The translations under genes and the position numbers were made by a program. Source: an uncultured delta proteobacterium (GTDB lineage: Bacteria > Myxococcota_A > Polyangia > Fen-1088). Taken from it: 64,000 nt of DNA. Under the pieces are notes generated by a model. The model saw only the letters and a list, made by a program, of their open reading frames with translations. It was not told the origin of the DNA and searched no databases. How positions within the stretch are numbered: position 1 is the first letter of the stretch; every line of letters begins with the position of its first letter. The stretch covers positions 256,001 to 320,000 of the forward strand of contig CAWCMR010000013.1 of NCBI GenBank assembly GCA_963796685.1, read 5' to 3'. This document shows, one piece after another, positions 39,287-52,841 of the stretch.

Positions 39287-40771
39287 ATGAACGGGCTCGG
39301 CTTCGAATGGTTCGTCGCCTGGCGCCACTTGCGCGATCCCGAGCGACGTTCGCGCCGAGCCATCGCGCTCAAAGTCGGCCTCGGCATCGTCGTGCTGGCA
39401 GTCGCGGATCTCATCTATCTCAAGGTCCACGGCACGCCCATGCACGATCCCAACGGGTTCTTCACTGCCCACCCCGATCCGCTCTATGAATGGCTGCACA
39501 TTGGCGGAGTGATTGGCTTGATCGTGGGGGGGATCGTCACCTTCCTGGGCATGTTGCTCGCCAGCTTCACCGTGTTCACCGCCATCTCGGTCTTCGGTGT
39601 ATTCCTCGGGACGTCGGCGCCCATCCTGGCCCTGTCGGTCATGTCGGGTTTCGAGGCCGACCTGAAAGGCAAGATCCGCGGCGCCAAGGCCGACGTGGTG
39701 GTGACCGTTCCCGACGATCGGCAGTTTCTAGACTGGCAAGTCGTACGCCGGAAGATCCTCTCCGTCCCCGGCGTGCGGGCCGCCACGCCCTTTCTCGAGG
39801 CCGAGGTCATGGTTCGCTCCGGGTCATCGCCAGCGGGCGTCGTCTTGCGCGGCATCGACCCGGCGTCGGCTGCCTCGGTCCTGGATCTGGCGCACACCAC
39901 GCGCGATTGCAACATCGACGATCTGGCCCATCCCGAGCGGGTGGAACGCGATCCGCTGACGCCCGACAATGAGAAGGACGCGCCGGCCATCATCCTCGGG
40001 GAAGAGCTGTACATGCGTACCCTGCGTGTGTTTCCCGGCAGCCTGGTCGACGTCGTGTGCCCCCTGTGCAAGATGGGGCCGTCGGGACCCATGCCCGGCC
40101 TCAAGAGCTTTCGCGTGGCAGGGCATTTCTACAGCGGCATGTACGAGTTCGACTCCAAGCTGGCCTACGTCGCGCTCAAGGAGGCACAGGCCTTCCTGCG
40201 CATGCCTGGCGAGGTGACCGGCATCGACGTGCGCGCGACCGACCCCGACGACGCGCCTCGGGTCGCCACGGCAATCCAGTCCGCGCTCGGGAGCGGCTTC
40301 GAGGCCGAGTCCTGGGAGGACTTGAACAAGGGGTTGTTCATGGCCCTGCGCCTGGAGAAGATTGCCATGTTCGTGGTGCTCACCTTCATCGCCCTGGTGG
40401 CGTCCTTCTCCATCATCTCGACCCTCATCATGATGGCGACCGAGAAGGCGCGCGAAGTGGCCATTCTCAAGGCCATGGGGGCCGAGGACGGCGCTGTCCA
40501 GCGGGTCTTCGTGGCCGAAGGGATTTACATCGGGTTCATCGGACTGTTCGTCGGCGTCGCCACCGGAATCGCGGGGTGTCTGCTCATCAAACGCTACGGC
40601 CTACCTCTGCCCACGGACGTGTATTACATCACGCAGTTGCCCGTCGTGATGCGTACCGGCGAGATCCTCACCGTGGCCGCCTCGGCCCTGGTGCTGTGCT
40701 TTCTCGCCACCGTCTATCCCGCCTGGCTGGGCGCACGCATGCGGCCGGTCGACGGGTTGCGATACGAGTAG
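39287..40771 (+). CDS. Lipoprotein-releasing ABC transporter permease (LolC/E family)
   Basis: [45 protein letters not shown]; upstream of lolD and bamA. Confidence 0.92.
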   Translation: MNGLGFEWFVAWRHLRDPERRSRRAIALKVGLGIVVLAVADLIYLKVHGTPMHDPNGFFTAHPDPLYEWLHIGGVIGLIVGGIVTFLGMLLASFTVFTAISVFGVFLGTSAPILALSVMSGFEADLKGKIRGAKADVVVTVPDDRQFLDWQVVRRKILSVPGVRAATPFLEAEVMVRSGSSPAGVVLRGIDPASAASVLDLAHTTRDCNIDDLAHPERVERDPLTPDNEKDAPAIILGEELYMRTLRVFPGSLVDVVCPLCKMGPSGPMPGLKSFRVAGHFYSGMYEFDSKLAYVALKEAQAFLRMPGEVTGIDVRATDPDDAPRVATAIQSALGSGFEAESWEDLNKGLFMALRLEKIAMFVVLTFIALVASFSIISTLIMMATEKAREVAILKAMGAEDGAVQRVFVAEGIYIGFIGLFVGVATGIAGCLLIKRYGLPLPTDVYYITQLPVVMRTGEILTVAASALVLCFLATVYPAWLGARMRPVDGLRYE

Positions 40772-40773
40772 AC

Positions 40774-41556
40774 ATGCCATTCCCTGCGTTGACAGCGGAG
40801 GAGCCCATCGGTACGGTGCCAATCGCAATGACTTCATCCGAATCGCCAGCGCCAACCGAACCAACCGCCAAGAGCGGCGGAGCGCGGGTGGTGGTGCGCG
40901 ATCTGTGGAAAGTCTTCAGCCATGGTGGCCGCCGCATCGAGGTTCTGCGGGGAATCGACCTCGACTTGCAGCCTGGCGCCCTGGTGTCCATCGTCGGGGC
41001 CTCGGGCGTGGGCAAGTCGACGCTGCTCCATCTGCTCGGCACCTTGGACGAGCCGAGCAAGGGCAGCATCGCCTTCGACGGCGTCGATGTCACCTCGCTG
41101 GCGCCGGGAAAGCTGGCCAACTTTCGCAATCAGTCCATCGGCTTCGTGTTCCAGTTTCATCATCTCTTGCCCGAGTTCACCGCGCTCGAGAACGTCATGA
41201 TGCCCGGTCTCATCGCCCGTCTCCCACGGGCGGAGTCCGCCCAGCGGGCCGAGGCCATGCTGGCGCGGGTGGGGCTGGCCGAGCGTCTGTCGCATCGGCC
41301 GGGCGAGCTCTCGGGCGGTGAGCAGCAACGGGTTGCTCTGGCGCGCGCGCTTCTGCTTTCGCCCCGCCTCTTGCTCGGTGACGAGCCGACCGGAAACCTC
41401 GACACCAAGACAGGGCAAGCGATGCACGACCTGTTCTTCGAGCTCAACCGCGAGCTGGGCATGACGCTGCTTTTGGTGACCCACAACAACGAGCTGGCCG
41501 GCCGAGCCTATCGCAAGCTGCGCATGATCGACGGCCAGGTGGTGGAGGAAAAGTGA
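40774..41556 (+). CDS. lolD: Lipoprotein-releasing ABC transporter ATP-binding protein LolD
   Basis: [43 protein letters not shown]; start 40774 or 40828. Confidence 0.93.
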   Translation: MPFPALTAEEPIGTVPIAMTSSESPAPTEPTAKSGGARVVVRDLWKVFSHGGRRIEVLRGIDLDLQPGALVSIVGASGVGKSTLLHLLGTLDEPSKGSIAFDGVDVTSLAPGKLANFRNQSIGFVFQFHHLLPEFTALENVMMPGLIARLPRAESAQRAEAMLARVGLAERLSHRPGELSGGEQQRVALARALLLSPRLLLGDEPTGNLDTKTGQAMHDLFFELNRELGMTLLLVTHNNELAGRAYRKLRMIDGQVVEEK

Positions 41557-44012
41557 AGCGAAGGCTACCGGTTGTTTGCGCCCTTTGCCTCTTCGCTTTG
41601 TCGGCCGCGCCGCGTGCCGAGGACGACGAGCCCGCCGCGCCCACGCGCCTGCGCGCACCCGATCTCTCCACGACGGAAAAGGCCCCGGCGCGTATCGTCC
41701 TACCCAAGCTGAACGTCATTCGTATCCATTTCCGCGGCAATCGCAAGGTCGAGGACGATGCCCTGCGGGTCAATCTCAAGCTCAAGCCCGGCATGGTGCT
41801 CAGCAAGGAGATTCTCCAGGAGGACGTGCGCACCATTTGGCGCCTGGGCTACTTCGAAGATGTGCAGGTCGAAACCGCCGAGGCCGAGGGTGGTCTGGTG
41901 GTGACCTTCGTGCTCAAGGAAAAGCCGGCCATTCGCAAGATCTACATTTCGGGTCACGACGAGGTCGGTCTGACCAAGATCAACGAGGTGCTCGACCTCA
42001 AGAAGGAGCAGGTCCTCGACCTGGCCAAGGTCAAGAAGAACGTCGAGAAGATCCGCGAGTTGTACTTGCAGCGCGGGTTCTACATGGCCGAGGTGGACTA
42101 CGAGCTGCACCGTGACAGCCCGGGCGAGGTTGACGTGTACTTCCGCGTGCACGAGAACAGCAAGGTCGAGATCCGGCGGGTCAACTTCACCGGCAACAAG
42201 GCCGTCACCGACGCCGAGCTGCGCGGCGTGATGTTGACCCAGCCGGGCGACATCTTCTCGGCGCTGACCTCGTCGGGGACCTATCGCGAGGATGTCTTCC
42301 AGCGCGACATCATGCTCATCCAGAGCTACTACTTCGATCGTGGCTACATCAACGTGAAGGTCGGCGATCCGCGCATGGAGCTGTCGGCGGATCGCCATTC
42401 CATGTACATCACCGTGGCCATCGAGGAGGGACAACAGTTCCGCATCGGCAAGCTCGACGTCAAAGGCGAGCTGCTCGACAGCCGCGAGGCCTATCTGCGG
42501 CGCTTGCAAGCCAAGCCCGGCGACATCTTCAATCGCACCGAGGTCGCGCAGGATGTGCAGAACATCGCCGATCTGTACAAGGACAAGGGCTACGCCTACG
42601 TCAACTCGACGCCCGAAACCCGCGTCGACGACAAGCAGCGCCTCGTCGACCTCACCTTCGACATCCAGAAGGGGCCGCTGGTTACCTTCGAGCGCATCAA
42701 CATTCGCGGTAATACCAAGACGCGCGACAAGGTCATCCGGCGCGAGATGCGCATCTACGAGGGCGAGCAATACAGCCAGCACGGGCTCGACTATTCCAAG
42801 CGCCGGGTCAACGCCTTGGGATTCTTCGACAAGGTCGAGGTCACCACTAAGCGTGGCTCCAGCGACGACACCATGGACGTGAATGTCGAAGTGGGCGAGC
42901 GCCAGACCGGCGCCTTCCAAATCGGCGCCGGCTTTTCGTCCGTCGAGTCGTTCATCTTCCAGGCGCAGATCTCCCAGAACAACCTCCTGGGTCGCGGCAC
43001 GTCGGCCACGATACAAGCGCAGGTGTCGGGGTTGCGGCAGCTCTACATGTTCCAGTACGAAGATCCCTATTTCTTCGACACCAACTGGACCTTCGGCTTC
43101 AACCTGTTCAACCAGCAGACCTATTACCTCAACTTCGACCGCAAGTCGACCGGCGGCAGCCTAACCTGGGGCTACATGCTGACCGACACCATTCGCACCT
43201 ACCTGACCTACACCTTGCAGGACGTTGGAGTCGCCACGGGAGGCCGCAGCAACCTTTTCACCGGAGGCCAACGCAGCCCCCTGCCGTCCGGCTCGCTGGC
43301 CAACCTTCTTCACTCGGGCATCATTTCTTCGACGCGCGTTTCCCTGGCGCACGACACGCGCGACGATCGCATGTTTCCGCACAGCGGCTGGTACAACACG
43401 GCGTCCGCGGAATTCGCCGAGCCGGCCTTTCTTTCCCAAAGCCAGTTCACCCGCTACGAGGGGGCGCTTCGCTATTACTACCCCCTGCCGGCGGGGATGA
43501 CCTTGCGCCTCAAGGCCGAGGCAGGGCTCATCACCAGTCGCGATCCCCAGGGCGTGCCCATCTTCGAGCGCTACTTCGTGGGAGGTATCTACGATATCCG
43601 CGGGTTTGCCCTGTACTCCCTTGGCCCCAAGATTCTCGTGCCCAACGCGCAAGATCCGGATTCTCCCCTCCAGATGTTCTCCATTGGCGGAAACCTGCGC
43701 ACCCTCGCCAAGGCGGAGGTCGAGATACCGATTTTCGAGAAGATGGGGATCCGTGGCGTGGTTTTTACCGACCTCGGCAATGCCTACAACCTGGAAGCGC
43801 AATACTGCCGGCTCAAGCCCGCATGGGCGGACGTGTCGGTGGATCCGTGCGTGAAGCTGTTCCCGCTCACCAGCCTCCGCAGCAGCTGGGGCTTCGGCTT
43901 CCGCTGGTTCTCACCCATCGGTCCTCTGCGTTTCGAGTGGGGTTTGCCGTTCCACACCCTGCCGGGTGAGGACAGTATTGTCTTCGAGTTCACCATCGGC
44001 AACGAGCTGTAA
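41553..44012 (+). CDS. bamA: Outer membrane protein assembly factor BamA
   Basis: POTRA repeats ([13 protein letters not shown]), barrel with IRGF loop, [19 protein letters not shown]. Confidence 0.97.
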   Translation: MKRRLPVVCALCLFALSAAPRAEDDEPAAPTRLRAPDLSTTEKAPARIVLPKLNVIRIHFRGNRKVEDDALRVNLKLKPGMVLSKEILQEDVRTIWRLGYFEDVQVETAEAEGGLVVTFVLKEKPAIRKIYISGHDEVGLTKINEVLDLKKEQVLDLAKVKKNVEKIRELYLQRGFYMAEVDYELHRDSPGEVDVYFRVHENSKVEIRRVNFTGNKAVTDAELRGVMLTQPGDIFSALTSSGTYREDVFQRDIMLIQSYYFDRGYINVKVGDPRMELSADRHSMYITVAIEEGQQFRIGKLDVKGELLDSREAYLRRLQAKPGDIFNRTEVAQDVQNIADLYKDKGYAYVNSTPETRVDDKQRLVDLTFDIQKGPLVTFERINIRGNTKTRDKVIRREMRIYEGEQYSQHGLDYSKRRVNALGFFDKVEVTTKRGSSDDTMDVNVEVGERQTGAFQIGAGFSSVESFIFQAQISQNNLLGRGTSATIQAQVSGLRQLYMFQYEDPYFFDTNWTFGFNLFNQQTYYLNFDRKSTGGSLTWGYMLTDTIRTYLTYTLQDVGVATGGRSNLFTGGQRSPLPSGSLANLLHSGIISSTRVSLAHDTRDDRMFPHSGWYNTASAEFAEPAFLSQSQFTRYEGALRYYYPLPAGMTLRLKAEAGLITSRDPQGVPIFERYFVGGIYDIRGFALYSLGPKILVPNAQDPDSPLQMFSIGGNLRTLAKAEVEIPIFEKMGIRGVVFTDLGNAYNLEAQYCRLKPAWADVSVDPCVKLFPLTSLRSSWGFGFRWFSPIGPLRFEWGLPFHTLPGEDSIVFEFTIGNEL

Positions 44013-44061
44013 CCTGAAGGTGCCGGTGGGGCACGGAGGCGACGACGGCCGACGATTGACT

Positions 44062-44133
44062 GCGGAACCCTGAAGGGTTCCGCTCCTCCCGCGATGTGGG
44101 CTTCGGCGAGCAAAGCCCGCCTGCGCCCACGCG
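44062..44133 (-). repeat. Solo inverted copy of the two-hairpin element family
   Basis: Minus strand CGCGTGGGCGCAGGCGGGC-TTT-GCTCGCCGAAGCCCACATCGCGGGAGGA-GCGGAACCCT-TC-AGGGTTCCGC, colinear with the array units. Confidence 0.85.
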
Positions 44134-44143
44134 TATTGGGCCG

Positions 44144-44637
44144 CTGGCGGCGTCGGGCCTGCGCTTCCGGTCCTCAAGTACATGAGTACATTCCGGGCCG
44201 GTTCTCGGCCCTCCTTGCCAGCGGCCCGGCTTGTCGGCCGGATGCTAAGGGACGCCTGAGATTTCCGGCGCGGGGCTACGGTCCGGCGGCTCTCACTCTC
44301 AGGTCCATGGGTACATTCCGGTCCGGCGACGCGCGCGGCGTAGTCGCGGGGAGGGGGGCAGGGTGGGCAGGAGCTAGTCGGCCCTCGTTGCCAGCGGCTC
44401 GGCTTGTCGGCCGCATGCTAAGGGACATTCGGTGCCAGGTGGCGGATTTTCGGTGAGTTTGTCTTCGGCCGGGCAAGTGTTGGGACCTGGCGGCGTCGGG
44501 GCTGCGCATCCAGGCCACACCACGCGGTCTGCTGACCGCGTGGTGGCCCGGCGGTCCTCAAGTACATGGGTACATTCCGGTCCGGCGACGCGCGCGGCGC
44601 AGCCGCGGGTGGAGGAGGCAGGGTGGGCAGGCGCTAG
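44144..44637 (+). repeat. Mosaic of three degenerate copies of a GTAC-N3-GTAC-core repeat element
   Basis: CGGTCCTCAAGTACATGRGTACATTCCGG at 44168 and 44552, partial at 44306; 49-bp block 44205-44253 ~ 44378-44426; block 44327-44377 ~ 44586-44637; 12-bp-stem hairpin 44518-44545. Confidence 0.85.
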
Positions 44638-44880
44638 GGGATGTCCCTGTTAGGGGTAAGCGACCGCGAGCCCCCTCGTGGAGAGATTGCTTCAACCTGT
44701 TTGGATGTCTCGATGGTGCGAGATGTCTAGCAGGCGAAGCCGGCGGGTCGCCGAGTCGAGCGACCTCAAAGGACAGCCCTACCCCCTAGTCTAGGGGCAC
44801 GAGTGCCCGCTTGGCGAACGATGCACCCAACCCGCGAACGACGTTGCCTTTCGGCGCTTGTGCGTGATAGGGCGAAGGGC

Positions 44881-45735
44881 ATGGCAGCCAAGATCATTGA
44901 TGGCAAGGCGCTGGCGGCGCGGCTTCGCGGCGTCATGGCGGACGAGGTGAAACAGCTGGTGGCGCGTTCGGTGCGTCCAGGCCTGGCCGTGGTGCTGGTC
45001 GGCGAAGATCCGGCATCGCAAATCTACGTGCGCAACAAGACCAAGGCGCTGGCCGAGGCCGGGTTCGCCTGCTTCGACCACCATCTGCCGACGGACACCG
45101 CCGAGGACAAGCTCTTGGGACTGGTCCGCGATCTCAACGCGGATCGCGCGGTGGATGGCATCCTGGTCCAGCTACCCTTGCCCAAGCACATCGACAGCAA
45201 GCGCGTGCTGCTGGCCATCGACCCGGCCAAGGACGTGGACGGCTTTCACCCCGAGAATCTCGGCCGCTTGCTCATCGGTGAGCCACGCTTCATCGCGTGC
45301 ACCCCGTACGGCATCATGAAGCTCATCGAGGAGGCGGGGACGCAGGTGCGCGGCGCCAGCGCGGTGGTCGTCGGCCGCTCGAACATCGTGGGCAAACCCG
45401 TGGCCGTGTTGCTGACCAGCGCGGACGCCACCGTGACCATCTGCCACTCGAAGACCAGGGATCTGCCCGCCGTGATCGGTGGCGCGGACATTCTGGTGGC
45501 TGCCATCGGCCGCCCCGAGATGATCCGCGGTTCGTGGATCAAACCCGGCGCCACGGTCATCGACGTGGGAACGAATCGTTTGCCGAACGGCAAGTTGGTG
45601 GGCGACGTGGAATTTTCCGGCGCGGTCGAGCGAGCGGCGGCAATCACGCCCGTTCCAGGAGGCGTGGGCCCCATGACCATCACCATGCTCCTCGCCAACA
45701 CGCTCGAATCCGCGCGCCGCCGTGCCGGGGAATAG
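44881..45735 (+). CDS. folD: Bifunctional methylene-THF dehydrogenase/cyclohydrolase
   Basis: [44 protein letters not shown]. Confidence 0.98.
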   Translation: MAAKIIDGKALAARLRGVMADEVKQLVARSVRPGLAVVLVGEDPASQIYVRNKTKALAEAGFACFDHHLPTDTAEDKLLGLVRDLNADRAVDGILVQLPLPKHIDSKRVLLAIDPAKDVDGFHPENLGRLLIGEPRFIACTPYGIMKLIEEAGTQVRGASAVVVGRSNIVGKPVAVLLTSADATVTICHSKTRDLPAVIGGADILVAAIGRPEMIRGSWIKPGATVIDVGTNRLPNGKLVGDVEFSGAVERAAAITPVPGGVGPMTITMLLANTLESARRRAGE

Positions 45736-45748
45736 AAAGTACGGGGGA

Positions 45749-46763
45749 TCACAGTCGCCGCAAGGCCGAGGCCGCTGCTTCGGCCACCTGCGGGTTTGCA
45801 TCGTCCCGCAGGCGCTCGAGAAGCTCGCGCGATTCCCGGACTTGATGTCTGTTCATGGACAGGCATGCGTTCCTGCGCAAGCCGTGGTAGCCGATGCGCC
45901 GCATGGGCGTGCCCACCGCGAGCGCATCGTAGTCGGCCTCGGACAAGGCGGCGATCTGTGCGGCGGTCAGGTGGCCAAGTGGGCGAGGGGCCTGGCGTGG
46001 GTCTGCGGGCGGGAATTCTCCGCGGTTGAAAGGGCAAGCCTCTTGGCAGATATCGCAACCGAAAACGCGACCGTGTAGCCGATCGCGCACCTCCGTGGGC
46101 GGCATCGTGTGGTTTTCGACGGTGTGATAGGCAAGACAGCGGCGCGAATCCACGACGCCTGGAGAGGGAAAGGCCTTGGTTGGGCACGCATGCAAACACT
46201 TTTCGCAGGTTCCGCACAGGCGTGGATGGGGCTGGTCGTACACGTCCACGGCACGGGCTAGAATCATGAGACTCAGGGTGAACCACGAGCCGTATTCGCG
46301 GTTGATGACCAGCCCGTTCTTGCCGATGAATCCCACTCCCGCGCGCTCGGCCCATACCTTTTCCATGGCCGCTCCCGAGTCCACGCAGGCGTAGGTGCGT
46401 AGGCCGGGCGCGAGCACCAGCAGGCGATGGCGGAGGGCACGCATGCGATCCCGGTGGGCGTAGTGGTAGTCGCGTCCCCGGGCGTAGCGCGCGATGGTGT
46501 TAGGCTGGACGTCTTTCGATTCACCAGGTCCGTAGGGGATGCCGAGCACCAGCACGGTCTTCGCATGGGGCACGATGGCCCGCGGATCGAGCCGCTCTTC
46601 GCTTCGCTTGTACATGGACGCCTGATCGGCCGCGTAGCCGCGCGCGAGCCATTCTCGCAGCGGTCGTGGGTCCAGAGGCTCGGCTGGCGTCATGCCCACC
46701 AGGGGAAACTGGCACGCGTGCGCGGCCTCCCGAACCGCCTGGGCCGAGAGGATCGTGGTGGCG

Positions 46764-46780
<17 letters not shown>
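45749..46780 (-). CDS. queG: tRNA epoxyqueuosine(34) reductase QueG
   Basis: ARYARGRDYH, AGVGFIGKN, CGTCEKCLHACPT, FGCDICQEACPFN; start uncertain (TTG 46780). Confidence 0.93.
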
Positions 46781-48663
<1,883 letters not shown>

Positions 48664-48742
48664 GGAGAGAGAGCGCAGAGGGGAGGGAGGGCACGGAGAA
48701 AGCTCCTTGCCACGCACGACCCTCCTTCCTGTCGCGACTTTC

Positions 48743-48777
48743 AAAGAGGGCCTTGGAGAAATCCGGGGCCCTTTTTC
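48743..48777 (+). terminator. Rho-independent terminator after gap
   Basis: AAAGAGGGCCTTGGA-GAAA-TCCGGGGCCCTTTTT. Confidence 0.85.
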
Positions 48778-48873
48778 GTTGCCATCGCCGCCAAGGGTGC
48801 GTCGCGTCTGTCGCGGGCGCCCGCTGCACCTGGCCCTTGATCCTCGACGGGGCTTAGCGCAATCTCATGCATC

Positions 48874-50340
48874 ATGATGCGATTACTGAGGGTTGCAGCA
48901 ACCCTGCTCGTGGGGGTAACCGGCTTTGCCGCAACAGCGACGAGGACGGCCTCCGCGCAAGAGCAGGCCGCAACCGATCCCGCGCTTCAAGAGGCCAAGG
49001 CAGCTTTCGAGGAAGCCCAGACGCTCTACACCAAGGAGCAATTCGAGGATGCCGCCAGCAAGTTCATGGTGGCTTTCGACAAGAAACCCTTCAGCTCGTT
49101 CCTTTTCAACGCCGCGGTGGCGTACGAGAAGGCCCTGCAATACCAGAAGGCTGTCGATGCCTTTCAAAGGTACCTAGAGCTCGATCCGCAGGCGCGCGAC
49201 GCCGCCGACGTCAAGGCGCGGATTGAAAGCCTGAAGTCCATGCTGGCGACCCGCGCGGCGGGCGGCGAGGCTGTGCCTGAAAAGGCTGCGGCGGAGGTCC
49301 TGCCGGCGATCGCGACCAAGGGTCTGGTCATCATCGAGTCCAAGCCCCAGGGGGCAAGCATCTATTTGGGCGACAAATCCAAGGGCGTGTTCGCCACGAC
49401 GCCGTGGCAGGGCTCGCTCGAGCCCAAACCGACCAAGGTGCTGATCGAAGCCAAGGGCTTCAAACCCGAGGAGCGCGAGATCAACCCGCGCACGGACAAG
49501 ATCGTGGAGCTCTATATCTCCCTGTCCGAACAGCATTTCTTGGGCTGGATCGAGGTGATTTCCAACGTACCGGGCGCCGAGGTGTTCATCGATCGCCAGG
49601 ATATCGGCGCCATCGGCAGGACTCCCTACACGGGCCATCTCAAGCCGGGCAAGCACAAGCTGTGGGTGGAGAAGACCGGGTACGAGGTTGCGACGAAGGA
49701 CATCGATGTGGAGCCCGGCACGGCGACCACGCACACGGTGAATCTGGCTCTCGTGAGCTACGGCACCTTGAGGGCCGGCAGCAAGGGGACCGAGGGTGGC
49801 AAGCTCTTCGTCGACGGCGCGCAGGTCTGTGTGTTGCCCTGCGAGCAACAGCTCAAGCCCGGTGAGCACGTGCTCAAGGTGGAAAAGGAAGGGATGGAGA
49901 ATTACGACGGAAGGCTCACCGTCAACCGCGCCGACGCGACCTACATGGATCTCAACTACTCGCCCAAGCCGTCGCGAGCGAAAGCCTGGACGGAGGCAGT
50001 CTTTTCCGCCGCCCTGTTCGGGGGTGGCATCTTCCTCGGCGTGAAGGGGAATCAGGTGAAGGACGAGATCAACAAGGACATCCAAGATACCTCGAAGCTC
50101 GTCAACACCAGCGATACGCGCAAGAACACCGGAAAATACTACTACATCGGCGCCGACGTCTGCCTGGGACTGGGTCTGGTCACCGCCGTGCTCGCCACCT
50201 GGAACTTCCTGGAATCGGGCCCTCCGAGCACCGCTACCATCAAGACCACGAACGTCGCCAGCCCGACGGGTGGCAAGTTCGGGTTCGCACCCATGGAGGT
50301 CCCCAATGGGGCGGGCCTGGCCGCGACGGGGAGCTTCTGA
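48874..50340 (+). CDS. Exported TPR + PEGA domain protein
   Basis: Signal peptide, TPR (FLFNAAVAYEK), three PEGA-like repeats (SKPQGA, SNVPGAEVFID), C-terminal hydrophobic segments ending ATGSF. Confidence 0.88.
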   Translation: MMRLLRVAATLLVGVTGFAATATRTASAQEQAATDPALQEAKAAFEEAQTLYTKEQFEDAASKFMVAFDKKPFSSFLFNAAVAYEKALQYQKAVDAFQRYLELDPQARDAADVKARIESLKSMLATRAAGGEAVPEKAAAEVLPAIATKGLVIIESKPQGASIYLGDKSKGVFATTPWQGSLEPKPTKVLIEAKGFKPEEREINPRTDKIVELYISLSEQHFLGWIEVISNVPGAEVFIDRQDIGAIGRTPYTGHLKPGKHKLWVEKTGYEVATKDIDVEPGTATTHTVNLALVSYGTLRAGSKGTEGGKLFVDGAQVCVLPCEQQLKPGEHVLKVEKEGMENYDGRLTVNRADATYMDLNYSPKPSRAKAWTEAVFSAALFGGGIFLGVKGNQVKDEINKDIQDTSKLVNTSDTRKNTGKYYYIGADVCLGLGLVTAVLATWNFLESGPPSTATIKTTNVASPTGGKFGFAPMEVPNGAGLAATGSF

Positions 50341-50341
50341 C

Positions 50342-51703
50342 ATGCGCTTCACCACGGTGATTCTCCTCGCCACCTTCGCGGGTGCCGATCTCACGGGATG
50401 CAATCCCAGCGACTTCAACACCGTCCTCGACAAGGCGCCGGTCTTGGACCTCGGCACGCCTGGCTCCAGTACCGGGTCGCTTTTCGTCCTGCCTATGCCG
50501 GCGCCGGCGCCGGCCACCATGGTCGCGGCGCGCATGTTGATCTCGCGCAGGGACGGCAACTACCTGGCTTTGGCGGATTACGACATGAAAGGCAAGGCCA
50601 CGCTGGTCGAGGCCAAAGACGTCGAGGCTGCTCTTGGCTACCCGGTCAACAGCTCGGCCTTGGGTGCCGATGGACAGCATGTCATCTTGGGTACGCCAAA
50701 GTATGCCGGGGGAGCGTCCCCGACCGGCCGGGTGAGCATTCTGACCATCGGCAGCAAGCCTGATGGCACGCCAGCCTTCGGGCTCGCAAACGGCAACCCG
50801 GGCGATAGTCGGTTGGGGATTTCGGTCGCGACGGGCAACATCACGGGGCCGCTCTCGGAGGACTTCGTCGCCGTGAGCGACAACTCCGTCCAGCTGCTCG
50901 GTACCGACCCGGCGGCGCCAATCGCCACCTCGCCCCCCTCTTGTCTGGCCCTTCAACTGGGCAGCGCGACGGATTTCTATGCCTTCCGGCCCGTGGCGGT
51001 GGCGGATATGCTGTCTCCCACCCCCGGGGCGGCAGGTACCTACGACGAGATCGTGCTCGGCGGGCAGGGCCGGGTCCTGTTTATCCAGTTCGATGGAACG
51101 GCCGTTCTCCCGTGCCCGACCAAGGTGCTGGTGCCTTCGTTGGGGGCGGACAGCAATTTCGGCACCTCGTTGGCCGTCGGTGATTTCGACGGCGACGGGC
51201 ACATGGACCTTGCAGTCGGGGATCCGCCGAGCAACGTCTACGTCTACTTCGGTCCACTCGATGCTCGCGTGGATCCGCTCGCCGCCCCGACCGGCTACGA
51301 TGTGGACATCTTCACGTCGACGACCACGTCATTCGGGAAGAATATCGCCACCTACCACCTTCCGGGTCAAGCGAAGGCGCAACTGTTGGTGGCGGATCCG
51401 ACCGCAGCTTCACCGGGAGGTGTCGGGCAGGTGATGCTCTTCGACGTCCTGCGAGGTGCGGCCCCATATTCCATTCCCAGCACGGCTGCGCTTGCGATGC
51501 TGTTCGATTCCAACAAGGACTCGGATCCCGGCCTGCTCGGTCTCAACCTGGGCGGCTTGGAGTTCAACACGAGCCTTTGCAGCCCCACCGGCACGACCCA
51601 GCTCGTGCCCTGGGCGTCGCTTGGTCCCGACATCCTGACCTTCTTCGCGTACAAGTACAGCGGCGTAGCCCCTCCGGCGGACCCACGCTGCTTCGCGAAG
51701 TAG
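50342..51703 (+). CDS. FG-GAP/integrin-alpha repeat lipoprotein
   Basis: Lipobox LTGC; RLGISVATG, FGTSLAVGDFDGDGHMDLAVGDP, FGKNIA..LLVADP. Confidence 0.85.
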   Translation: MRFTTVILLATFAGADLTGCNPSDFNTVLDKAPVLDLGTPGSSTGSLFVLPMPAPAPATMVAARMLISRRDGNYLALADYDMKGKATLVEAKDVEAALGYPVNSSALGADGQHVILGTPKYAGGASPTGRVSILTIGSKPDGTPAFGLANGNPGDSRLGISVATGNITGPLSEDFVAVSDNSVQLLGTDPAAPIATSPPSCLALQLGSATDFYAFRPVAVADMLSPTPGAAGTYDEIVLGGQGRVLFIQFDGTAVLPCPTKVLVPSLGADSNFGTSLAVGDFDGDGHMDLAVGDPPSNVYVYFGPLDARVDPLAAPTGYDVDIFTSTTTSFGKNIATYHLPGQAKAQLLVADPTAASPGGVGQVMLFDVLRGAAPYSIPSTAALAMLFDSNKDSDPGLLGLNLGGLEFNTSLCSPTGTTQLVPWASLGPDILTFFAYKYSGVAPPADPRCFAK

Positions 51704-51716
51704 TCGCAAGCTGCGG

Positions 51717-52739
51717 CTAATCGCCGTGAACAGCTCGCACCAGTGCCTCGACGCTCGCGATGGGCGTTTCGGGGTAGATGCCGTGTCCCAGGTTGAAGAT
51801 GTGTCCCTTGCCACCGCCCTCGCCAAGAATCTTGGCGACCTGGCGGCGCAATCGCTCCTCGGGACCGAGCAGAAGCGCGGGGTCCAGATTTCCCTGCACG
51901 GCGAACGGCCCGGAGGCTCCCGCCTGCAGCCGTGCGCGCGCCTGGCCCAGGGGTAGACGCCAGTCGATGCTGTAGACATCGGCGCCGACCTGGGCGATGC
52001 GATCCAGAAGCGTCGTGGCCCCGTTGGGGAAGTAGATGACCGGAACCCCGGTGGCCTTGATGGCCGCGACCAGCGCCTGGGTGGGGCCGCACACGAACTC
52101 GTCCCACTCCTCGGGCGAAACCACCCCGATCCAGGAATCGAAGATCTGAATCGCCTGCGCGCCGGCCGCGACCTGGGCCAGCAGATACGAACGGGTGGCC
52201 GACTCGATGGTCGCCAGCAGGCGATGGGCCGTCTCGGGCTCGCGCTGAAAGAGCTTCTTGGTCTCGATGAAGTGCTTGCCGGTCTTGCCCTCGATGGCGT
52301 AGGTGGCCGTGGTGAACGGCGCTCCGGCAAAGCCGATGAGGGGGGTGTCGCCAAGCTTGTCCTTGAGCAAGCGGATGGTTTCGAACACGAAAGCGGTGCT
52401 CTCCCACGGATCGAATACCCGCACACGAGCCAGATCCGCGGCACCGCGAATCGGAGCGGGGAGGGTGGGACCGAGCTCGGTGAAGACGACTTCGAGCCCC
52501 ATGGCTTCGAGGGGAACGAGCAGGTCCGAAAAGAGGATGGCAGCGTCGAACCCGAAGCGACGGATCGGTTGCAAGGTGACTTCCGTGGCCAGGTCCGGCG
52601 TCTTGCACAGTTCCAGGAAGGTCACATGGCTGCGAATGTCGCGGTACTCGGGCAGGTATCGACCGGCCTGGCGCATGAGCCAAAGCGGTGGTCGAGCAGT
52701 CGATTGGCCACGGCACGCTGCAAGGAAGAGCGATTCCAT
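51717..52739 (-). CDS. hemE: Uroporphyrinogen decarboxylase
   Basis: WLMRQAGRYLPEY, DAAILFSD, IGFAGAPFT, QIFDSW, QGNLDP, FNLGHG. Confidence 0.98.
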   Translation of the reverse strand: MESLFLAACRGQSTARPPLWLMRQAGRYLPEYRDIRSHVTFLELCKTPDLATEVTLQPIRRFGFDAAILFSDLLVPLEAMGLEVVFTELGPTLPAPIRGAADLARVRVFDPWESTAFVFETIRLLKDKLGDTPLIGFAGAPFTTATYAIEGKTGKHFIETKKLFQREPETAHRLLATIESATRSYLLAQVAAGAQAIQIFDSWIGVVSPEEWDEFVCGPTQALVAAIKATGVPVIYFPNGATTLLDRIAQVGADVYSIDWRLPLGQARARLQAGASGPFAVQGNLDPALLLGPEERLRRQVAKILGEGGGKGHIFNLGHGIYPETPIASVEALVRAVHGD

Positions 52740-52841
52740 GCAGCTTTCTACCTCAGCCCGAACGCATGTCGACTTCCTTCCCCGGGGAAGGAAGAATAAG
52801 TTGAAGTGAAACTTGAGACAAGTGTGCCTTGGCCCCGAGTA

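Noticed and set aside
41700-43016. Long antisense ORFs (e.g. 1512-2417, 9808-11406, 41700-43016, 47599-48519, 61776-63527)
   Set aside because: Shadow ORFs of high-GC genes on the opposite strand; no recognisable motifs.
44640-44880. ZTP (pfl) or THF riboswitch upstream of folD
   Set aside because: Expected GACTGGCG / CGCCTGGGC or THF core motifs not found by eye; an Rfam scan would settle it.
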